DNA of 32,559 nt from a virus (taxonomy: Duplodnaviria; Heunggongvirae; Uroviricota; Caudoviricetes). Below the pieces are notes generated by a model. The model searched no databases. It was not told the DNA's origin and saw only the letters and a program-made list of their open reading frames with translations. The stretch covers positions 1-32,559 of the IMG/VR virus record IMGVR_UViG_2675903654_000020. One strand, given 5' to 3'. The position numbers were made by a program, and so were the translations under genes. Shown piece by piece: positions 26,045-32,559 of the stretch (its first letter is position 1; each line of letters begins with the position of its first letter).

Positions 26045-27243
26045 TGGCTCTGAACCTTGATTCTCTCGGTTTATCTGCAAAGGTAACCGCGGAGGGGATC
26101 AGTGCGCCTGATTATCAGACGATACTCAGCACCCTGATTAGCTATTTTCAGCAGATTTATGGCAGTGATGCCTACCTCGAACCGGACAGCAAAGACGGCC
26201 AGATGGTAGCTCTGATGGCGCTGGCGATTCATGATGCCAATAATATGGCGATAACTGTCTACAACTGTTTTTCACCGGCAACTGGCTATGGGGCTGCACT
26301 GACCAGTAACGTGAAAATAAATGGTATTTCACGTAAAGGCGCGACGAATTCTACGGTTGATTTGCTTCTTACAGGAACTGCCGGAACAACCATCATTAAT
26401 GGCAGCGTGAAAGACAGTAATAATGTGATATGGCGTTTGCCTGCTTCAGTGGTGGTCGGCGTGGATGGTACAGTGATGGTGACCGCAAAATGTTCCGTCA
26501 GTGGTGCAGTGGCGGCGCTGGCTGGAACTATCACTGAAATTAATACGCCAACCCGTGGCTGGGTTTCGGTAACCAATCCTGCTGCAGCTACTGTAGGCAC
26601 TCCAGCAGAAACTGATGCGGAGTTACGTATCCGCCAGTCGCAAAGTGTTGCGTTGCCATCAATAACCCCATTTGAAGCACTGGATGGTGCTGTTTCTAAT
26701 GTTACCGGTGTAACCCGCCACAAACTCTATGAAAACGATACTGGTTCGGAGGACGGTAACGGGTTACCGCCACACTCTGTTGCTGTAATTGTGGATGGCG
26801 GTGATGTGACGGATATTGCTCAGGCTATCAGAGGAAATAAAGGCCAGGGGACAGCCACTCACGGTACAACATCCGTTACGGTTCCGGATAAATACGGCAA
26901 TCCCCATGTAATCAAATTCTCGCGTTCCAGTGATGTGCCTGTTTACGCTCGGATTAAATTAAAAGTTTTTACGGGTTATACCTCACAGATAGGGCAGCAG
27001 ATCCAGCAGGCTATTTCCGACTATATCAATAGTCTGATGATTGGTGATTCGGTCCTTTTAAGTCGCATTTACTCACCGGCGAATCTTGGCGTGGTGAGTG
27101 GCGGGAATGCACGCTATTACGATATTCAGGAACTGACGATTGGGAAATCCCCGGGGGCTTTGTCGTCATCAAACATTGATATCAGATACAACGAATCTGC
27201 GTCCTGTACCCCGGAAAATATCGTTATAACGGTGGAGTCATGA
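26044..27243 (+). CDS. baseplate J-like protein (Mu gp47-like, putative)
   Basis: 399 aa ORF, TAATG-coupled; position upstream of the tail fibre genes. Confidence 0.55.
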   Translation: MALNLDSLGLSAKVTAEGISAPDYQTILSTLISYFQQIYGSDAYLEPDSKDGQMVALMALAIHDANNMAITVYNCFSPATGYGAALTSNVKINGISRKGATNSTVDLLLTGTAGTTIINGSVKDSNNVIWRLPASVVVGVDGTVMVTAKCSVSGAVAALAGTITEINTPTRGWVSVTNPAAATVGTPAETDAELRIRQSQSVALPSITPFEALDGAVSNVTGVTRHKLYENDTGSEDGNGLPPHSVAVIVDGGDVTDIAQAIRGNKGQGTATHGTTSVTVPDKYGNPHVIKFSRSSDVPVYARIKLKVFTGYTSQIGQQIQQAISDYINSLMIGDSVLLSRIYSPANLGVVSGGNARYYDIQELTIGKSPGALSSSNIDIRYNESASCTPENIVITVES

Positions 27244-27920
27244 GCAAATACACCGAACTAATCACGAACTACCACGCCACCAAACCTAAATTTCTTGCGC
27301 ATGTTGATCTGATGACCCGGCCACTTATTGATGTTGCGGCTGCCACCAGAGGGCTGATTACTGCATTTGATATTGACTCTGCGGTTGGTGTGCAACTTGA
27401 CATTCTTGGATTGTGGATCGGACGTAGCCGTGTTGTCAGCCAGCCTATCTCAGGTGTCTATTTCAGCTGGGATACCGACGGGCTTGGATATGATCAGGGG
27501 GTATGGCAGGGACCATACGATCCTGATTCAGGATACATGTATCTCAGCGATGAAACTTATCGTGTCATTCTTAAAGCGAAGATTGCGATTAATAACTGGG
27601 ATGGACGGAATGATTCGCTTCCGGCAATTCTTGACGCTGCAACAGCAGGATCCGGGCTGCGAATGCAGATAGTCGATAACCAGGACATGACGATATCGGT
27701 CTGGGTCTTTCCTGATACTGATATTTCAGATGTATCGCGTGAGTTAATTGCGGCAATTAAACAGGGGTATCTCACAGTAAAAGCCGCCGGGGTATGGGCG
27801 GGTGGCATTGAAACACCTTCGGTGGAAACCCCATCGGAAGGCTCAAAATTTTTTGGTTTTGATATGGATAACGAATTCATCAGTGGCTTTGATGTAGGAG
27901 CATGGGGAGTATTACTCTGA
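27240..27920 (+). CDS. tail protein (Mu gp48 / P2 gpI-like, putative)
   Basis: ATGA-coupled 226 aa ORF immediately upstream of the tail fibre gene. Confidence 0.5.
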   Translation: MSKYTELITNYHATKPKFLAHVDLMTRPLIDVAAATRGLITAFDIDSAVGVQLDILGLWIGRSRVVSQPISGVYFSWDTDGLGYDQGVWQGPYDPDSGYMYLSDETYRVILKAKIAINNWDGRNDSLPAILDAATAGSGLRMQIVDNQDMTISVWVFPDTDISDVSRELIAAIKQGYLTVKAAGVWAGGIETPSVETPSEGSKFFGFDMDNEFISGFDVGAWGVLL

Positions 27921-29068
27921 TGGCGAAAAATGACTTTAAAGCGTTTGCAACGGATCGAAATGCCAATGTTATATCGCAGGAGGAATGGGAAGCGTTGCCC
28001 GCGCTTTTATCTGGATTTACAGCAGGGAAAGCCTCCAGTGCGCAAGTCAATAAGGTTATTCGGCAGGCCAGCTTTATTGCTGCAGCTCTGGCCCAGTTTG
28101 TAAGTGATAAAACGCAACGGGATGTGCTTGATAATGGTGATCTGCCCGGTTTTGTTGAATTGCTGGGATCGGGGTTTGCTGTTGAATACCTGAGCCGCAA
28201 GAATCCGTTTGGCGATATCAAATCGGACGGCACGGTGAAAACGGCTCTCGAAAATCTTGGTTTAGAAAGATGTGATCAGGACACTAACGAAACACGCATT
28301 TGGTCACCAGACAAAAAATCTTATGTTTTTGTGCAGAATGATGGATGGGGGGCATATTCAATAAATCCCCAGGCAGGGACTATTGCACTGCAATTATCAT
28401 CTGGCGGTACAGGTGCAAAAGATGCTGCCAGCGCGCGTAGTAATCTTGGTCTGGGAGATGTGGCAACGGAGAACACAGTACCTCTGTCTAAGGGGGGAAC
28501 TGGCGGGACTTCTCTGGCAGAAGCGCGTAGTAACCTTGGCGTCAATCGTTTAGTACAAGGCTTAGTTGACACATACATTACTTCACAAAGCGATAACTAT
28601 CGGCTGTTTGTGAATGATAGTGGTGCATGGGGCGTACTTAACAATATCGGAACGCCAATGGCTCTAGCGCTTAGTCAGGGCGGAACCGGCGCGACCACAG
28701 CTGCCGACGCACGAGCAAATTTAGGGCTTGGCTCAGCAGCAACAGCAAACCTGGGAAATGGGGCTAATCAGGTTCCGACAATGGCTAATTTCACATCAGG
28801 TCCTGGCTGGGTGAAATTTCCTGACGGCACCATCATGCAGTTTGGTACGAACATTTCAGGCTCTGCTGGCTACCCAACTGCTGTTAATTTCCCGATACCT
28901 TTTACCGATGATTATCGCGTCGCATGTTCTTTCGATACGCCAACCAGTGCAGAAGACTGCCCGGCATTCTCGACAAGTAAGATAAATAACTATGGTTTTT
29001 ATCTCGCGTCATCGCGTCAGGGGGCTGTCAAAGGAGCTGGTGCCAACTGGATAGCAATAGGAAGATAA
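27902..29068 (+). CDS. tail fibre protein (constant N-terminal part plus currently expressed variable C-terminal part)
   Basis: Three copies of a GGTG...AR.NLGLG motif typical of tail fibres; followed by tail fibre assembly gene; internal Gin-type crossover site at 28245-28270. Confidence 0.7.
   Translation: MGSITLMAKNDFKAFATDRNANVISQEEWEALPALLSGFTAGKASSAQVNKVIRQASFIAAALAQFVSDKTQRDVLDNGDLPGFVELLGSGFAVEYLSRKNPFGDIKSDGTVKTALENLGLERCDQDTNETRIWSPDKKSYVFVQNDGWGAYSINPQAGTIALQLSSGGTGAKDAASARSNLGLGDVATENTVPLSKGGTGGTSLAEARSNLGVNRLVQGLVDTYITSQSDNYRLFVNDSGAWGVLNNIGTPMALALSQGGTGATTAADARANLGLGSAATANLGNGANQVPTMANFTSGPGWVKFPDGTIMQFGTNISGSAGYPTAVNFPIPFTDDYRVACSFDTPTSAEDCPAFSTSKINNYGFYLASSRQGAVKGAGANWIAIGR
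28245..28270. repeat. left recombination site of invertible segment (gix/pix-like, weaker match)
   Basis: CTCTCGAAAATC-TT-GGTTTAGAAAGA resembles the Gin/Hin/Pin site consensus TTnTCnnAAACC-nn-GGTTTnnGAnAA; lies inside the tail fibre gene. Confidence 0.45.
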
Positions 29069-29070
29069 AA

Positions 29071-29508
29071 ATGAAATATTTATACGACGCAGTAACTAAC
29101 GCATTTTATCCATTAGCAATGCAGGCAGACTATGAGGCGGCAGGGATGTGGCCCGAAAAAGGCGTGGAAGTTGATGAAGAGACTTTTGTTGCATTTCAGA
29201 AGCCACCGGAGGGAAAAATGAGGATTGCGGGTGATGATGGTTATCCCGTATGGAGTGATATTCCGCCACTGGCACCTGAAGAACTGATAAAGATGGCAGA
29301 ATACGAGCGTCAGCGGCGCATAGATACTGCCAATGAGCACATGAATAACAGGCAATGGCCAGGTAAAGCAGCTATTGGTCGTCTGAAAGGTGAGGAACTG
29401 GCGCAATATAATTTGTGGCTGGATTATCTGGACGCACTGGAACTGGTTGATACCTCCAGTGCGCCAGATATTGAATGGCCTACGCCTCCGGCAGTTCAGG
29501 CAAGATGA
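29071..29508 (+). CDS. tail fibre assembly protein (Tfa / Mu U-like)
   Basis: 145 aa ORF directly after the fibre gene, AGGAAG RBS. Confidence 0.7.
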   Translation: MKYLYDAVTNAFYPLAMQADYEAAGMWPEKGVEVDEETFVAFQKPPEGKMRIAGDDGYPVWSDIPPLAPEELIKMAEYERQRRIDTANEHMNNRQWPGKAAIGRLKGEELAQYNLWLDYLDALELVDTSSAPDIEWPTPPAVQAR

Positions 29509-30073
29509 CATCCGGCGCGGTGCTGGTATCTGTTGCAGTCACCGCGTCAATGTAATCCAGCACGGCGTTAAGTCGGGTTGTTTCTGTCTGCGTCAGTTTA
29601 CGTGCGGCCTGCAATTTCAGCTGAATCAGACTGATGGAAGCCATTGCAGCATCAATCAGTGACTGACGCTGTGCTTCTGCCGCGTCTACTGCAGCGCTAT
29701 GCTGTGCATCAGTATCGGTCACCCATTTCTCACCATCCCATTTATCGTATGGCGTTAACGGTGAAAGCGTGACATAACCGTCTTTGATGGCACCGATATA
29801 ATCCACTGTAACAGCTGCGCCATTTTCGATTGAGTAAACAGTCTCATTGCGGTGGTCTTCTTCATGGCTCCATCCCTTACCCGTAAATACTGCCACTTTC
29901 CCCGGAATGTATTCGCCAGGGTCAATACCAGTGGAACAGGCGGGCATACTTACGCCAGTATTAATATATTCATCAGACCAGCCCGTATATTCATACGTTA
30001 CTGCATCATAATAAAAACAACGCATATCGCCCGGCACTGTAGCCAGCCCATTTTCATCAAAAACAGGTTTCAT
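29480..30073 (-). CDS. alternative tail fibre assembly protein (U'-like), inverted orientation
   Basis: 197 aa minus-strand ORF converging on and overlapping the + strand assembly gene by 29 bp. Confidence 0.65.
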   Translation of the reverse strand: MKPVFDENGLATVPGDMRCFYYDAVTYEYTGWSDEYINTGVSMPACSTGIDPGEYIPGKVAVFTGKGWSHEEDHRNETVYSIENGAAVTVDYIGAIKDGYVTLSPLTPYDKWDGEKWVTDTDAQHSAAVDAAEAQRQSLIDAAMASISLIQLKLQAARKLTQTETTRLNAVLDYIDAVTATDTSTAPDVILPELPEA

Positions 30074-30582
30074 TATTTAGCCCTTACTAAAAAGTTGAAT
30101 GCGATGTTACGGGGACGCGTTTCAGTACCGCCTGGGTTTTGAAAAGCGGGCAAAGCACTTCCACCCGGCTGACTAACGCCGCTGGTATATAATGGAGAAG
30201 CATTCGAAACGGTGCCAAACACTACATTACTGCCACTTCCATTTAGCCCTAAAAATTTATGCTCGTGCGTTTTGAAATCGTCTGATTGCGCGGAAAGTAA
30301 CGCACGGCCACTATCAACACCACGGCCATCATCCCAGATACGAATGAAATCACCGCGGGCTTCAGGTAATACCAGCGAAGGAAACACTTTTGCCAGCACA
30401 GGGTAATCAGAGGCAGAAAATTTCGCCCCGTTGAACTTCAAAAACACCATACTGGACCAGCTGTCGATTACAGTATTTGGCATTGCAGCGGACGGCCAGA
30501 AGAACGGAACGCCAATAGCTGGAGCACCTTCTCCCAAACCAACGTTTATGAAAATGCAGAAATAACAAGCAAATGGCATCAT
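30073..30582 (-). CDS. alternative tail fibre C-terminal segment (Sv'-like), silent in this orientation
   Basis: Minus-strand frame open up to 30603 without a credible start or RBS; its 5' end carries the gix-like site and encodes ..NVGLGEG.. matching the ..ENLGLE.. junction in the + fibre gene; stop overlaps the U'-like start. Confidence 0.55.
   Translation of the reverse strand: MMPFACYFCIFINVGLGEGAPAIGVPFFWPSAAMPNTVIDSWSSMVFLKFNGAKFSASDYPVLAKVFPSLVLPEARGDFIRIWDDGRGVDSGRALLSAQSDDFKTHEHKFLGLNGSGSNVVFGTVSNASPLYTSGVSQPGGSALPAFQNPGGTETRPRNIAFNFLVRAK
30529..30554. repeat. right recombination site of invertible segment (gix/pix-like, strong match)
   Basis: TTCTCCCAAACC-AA-CGTTTATGAAAA matches the Gin/Hin/Pin site consensus; located just upstream of the invertase gene. 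Confidence 0.6.
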
Positions 30583-30608
30583 TCCTGCTTTTACCAGGGG
30601 GATTTAAC

Positions 30609-31162
30609 ATACTTATTGGCTATGTACGCGTATCAACAAATGACCAGAACACCGATCTGCAACGTAATGCACTGAACTGCGCGGGATGTGAGCGGGTTTT
30701 TGAGGATAAAATCAGTGGCACTAAGTCCGACAGACCGGGGCTTAAAAAACTGCTCAGGACACTATCGGCAGGAGACACTCTGGTTGTCTGGAAGCTGGAC
30801 AGGTTGGGGCGCAGTATGCGGCATCTTGTTACGCTGATAGAAGAGTTGCGTCAGCGTGGCGTGAATTTCCGAAGCCTGACTGACAGTATTGATACCAGCA
30901 CCCCAATGGCCGTTTCTTTTTTCATGTCATGGGTGCCCTGGCTGAAATGGAGCGTGAACTGATTGTTGAACGAACAAAAGCTGGACTGGAAGCTGCTCGC
31001 GCACAGGGACGAATTGGCGGTCGCCGTCCCAAACTTTCATCAGAACAATGGGCGCAGGCCGGGCGACTAATTGCATCAGGAGTTCATCGCCAGAATGTGG
31101 AGATCATCTATGATGTTGGCGTATCGACTTTGTATAAGAAGTTTCCGGTCGGAGATAAATGA
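30609..31162 (+). pseudogene. serine DNA invertase (Pin/Gin/Cin family), apparently disrupted: canonical start replaced by ATA and 1-bp frameshift near 30908
   Basis: N-terminal part ..IGYVRVSTNDQNTDLQRNAL..VWKLDRLGRSM.. ends in frame 0 at 30962; C-terminal part ..MGALAEMERELIVERTKAGL..GRIGGRRPKL.. continues in another frame (30929-31162); a missing G in the GGG run at 30908-30909 explains the shift. Confidence 0.65.
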
Positions 31163-31465
31163 AACCGCAGCACGTCGTATGCAAGAACGTGCCACGGCTG
31201 GCTGATGGACGTTCGATAGCGCGAGTTTGAATGAAAATCAGCCGAAGGTGATTTTACATAATTGCTACGGAATTATTCAATACAGGAATTGCTTGTGTAT
31301 GCATGGATTGACCTGAAATATTCCCGAAAATTTCTCTAAAAAACTCGAAAAAAATGGTAACTAATTGAATGTATTAATATGTAATGGTATGTGTTAGGGA
31401 TTAAAAGATGAGCATAAATTTATTTAACACATTAATTCTAAAGGATTTTGTCGTTTGTTGACGAA

Positions 31466-31491
31466 AACAGGAATCGTGTTCGGTCTCTTTT
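31466..31491 (+). ncRNA. 3' end of sRNA SdsR (RyeB)-like sequence with terminator; probable prophage attachment core
   Basis: ACAGGAATCGTGTTCGGTCTCTTTTT matches my recollection of the SdsR 3' end; upstream sequence does not look like the SdsR 5' region, consistent with a prophage inserted at the sRNA 3' end. Confidence 0.35.
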
Positions 31492-31626
31492 TATCTGTTA
31501 AAAGCCAGAAGCATTTCCTTCGCTGACTTTATAGTCAACCATAACACACACTCTACTGTCTGAGTCCAGCGTTTTTTAACATTCTTGTTAAGATTATGTG
31601 ATCTTTAGCGCGGGAGGAAAATATTG

Positions 31627-32283
31627 ATGAAACAGCCTGCGCCCGTTTATCAGAGAATTGCGGGTCATCAATGGCGACATATCTGGCTTTCTGGCGATAT
31701 ACACGGTTGTCTTGAGCAGTTGCGCCGCAAATTATGGCATTGTCGTTTTGATCCGTGGCGAGATTTACTTATCTCAGTGGGAGACGTTATCGATCGTGGG
31801 CCGCAAAGTTTACGTTGTCTGCAGTTACTGGAACAACATTGGGTTCGTGCGGTAAGAGGCAATCATGAACAGATGGCGATGGATGCGCTGGCATCCCAGC
31901 AGATGTCTTTGTGGTTGATGAATGGCGGCGACTGGTTTATTGCGCTGGCAGATAATCAACAGAAACAAGCGAAAACGGCGCTGGAAAAATGTCAGCATTT
32001 GCCCTTTATTCTTGAAGTACACAGCCGCACCGGCAAACATGTTATTGCTCATGCCGATTATCCAGATGATGTTTATGAATGGCAAAAGGACGTTGATTTG
32101 CATCAGGTCTTGTGGAGCCGCTCACGATTAGGTGAACGCCCAAAAGGGCAGGGAATTACAGGTGCTGATCATTTCTGGTTTGGTCATACACCGTTGCGAC
32201 ATCGCGTGGATATTGGCAACCTGCATTATATTGATACCGGTGCTGTCTTTGGGGGCGAACTGACTCTTGTGCAATTGCAATAA
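31627..32283 (+). CDS. pphA: serine/threonine protein phosphatase 1 (PPP family, lambda-phosphatase-like), host gene
   Basis: PPP motifs GDIHG, GDVIDRG, GNHE; protein matches my recollection of E. coli PphA (218 aa); ATG 31627 with GGGAGGA RBS. Confidence 0.8.
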   Translation: MKQPAPVYQRIAGHQWRHIWLSGDIHGCLEQLRRKLWHCRFDPWRDLLISVGDVIDRGPQSLRCLQLLEQHWVRAVRGNHEQMAMDALASQQMSLWLMNGGDWFIALADNQQKQAKTALEKCQHLPFILEVHSRTGKHVIAHADYPDDVYEWQKDVDLHQVLWSRSRLGERPKGQGITGADHFWFGHTPLRHRVDIGNLHYIDTGAVFGGELTLVQLQ

Positions 32284-32559
32284 TTAAAAATCACCGTACT
32301 CCTGCGCAGGTCGCCAGAAACCATCTATAAAATCCTCAATCGGAAAACAACCGCCCTGGCGGATCCGTTGATCGCTCATAGAATGAAGACACTGCTGTTC
32401 CGTGTTGTAGACATCCACAACAATATCTTCACAACCGCCATCCAGGTAGCAAACAAAAAGTACCAGCGCGAACATTTCATCCCCGAAGTGTGGTGCCGTA
32501 CCGTTAAGTTTAGGAGAGATTTTACAACGGGGGAATAACCAGGACAAATAACCCGCCAT
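32284..32559 (-). CDS. hypothetical host protein, 3' part only (start beyond window end)
   Basis: Minus-strand ORF running from the window end to a stop at 32284, convergent with pphA. Confidence 0.4.
   Translation of the reverse strand: MAGYLSWLFPRCKISPKLNGTAPHFGDEMFALVLFVCYLDGGCEDIVVDVYNTEQQCLHSMSDQRIRQGGCFPIEDFIDGFWRPAQEYGDF

Larger units (their letters stand above)
28258..30541. other. invertible DNA segment (G/P-segment-like tail fibre host-range switch), about 2.3 kb
   Basis: Bounded by two gix-like sites in inverted orientation; contains tail fibre C-terminal part plus assembly gene on + and a second assembly gene plus startless fibre C-terminus on -; serine invertase gene immediately downstream. 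Confidence 0.55.

Noticed and set aside
30573-30962. Treating 30573-30962 as an intact 129-aa gene as listed in the ORF track
   Set aside because: The product is the N-terminal two thirds of a serine invertase whose C-terminal third continues in another frame (30929-31162); this is one disrupted gene, not two genes.
31624-31626. TTG at 31624 as the pphA start, as in the ORF track
   Set aside because: The adjacent ATG at 31627 gives the MKQPAPVYQ N-terminus I recall for PphA and has better RBS spacing.
1-32559. CRISPR arrays, IS elements or transposases
   Set aside because: No regularly spaced direct repeats with unique spacers and no transposase-like ORF or terminal inverted repeats were seen; the repeats present are short tandem or recombination-site repeats explained elsewhere.

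Overview
The window reads as the right ~31 kb of a mosaic lambdoid prophage of an E. coli-like host, ending at the host junction. All calls rest on reading the sequence, motif recognition and recalled homologues; no searches were run. In order: (1) early/nin-type small genes (1-1234); (2) an AT-rich accessory island (about 1235-4100) carrying a minus-strand operon of a Hanks-type Ser/Thr kinase plus a PP2C-family phosphatase, next to a hokD-type Hok/Sok toxin locus - the kinase/phosphatase pair is the best candidate for an undescribed accessory system; (3) a Rem-like gene, two nin-region genes and a Q-type antiterminator with a near-consensus late promoter and terminator just downstream; (4) an ORF6N-domain gene with in-frame 30-bp tandem repeats; (5) a lysis cassette (3-TMD holin, lambda-R-like endolysin, overlapping Rz/Rz1 spanins); (6) small and large terminase, portal, Mu-F-like head morphogenesis protein, scaffold/protease candidate and major capsid; (7) a Mu-like contractile tail module (sheath, tube, chaperone with a likely -1 frameshift extension, tape measure, baseplate genes) interrupted by a small AT-rich convergent gene pair; (8) a tail fibre locus with a Gin/Pin-type invertible segment and a downstream invertase that appears pseudogenised (start codon lost, 1-bp frameshift); (9) the host junction, with what looks like the 3' end of the sdsR/ryeB sRNA followed by pphA. 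No tRNA, rRNA, CRISPR array or IS element was recognised. Most gene starts are chosen by RBS and coupling logic and are uncertain by a few codons.
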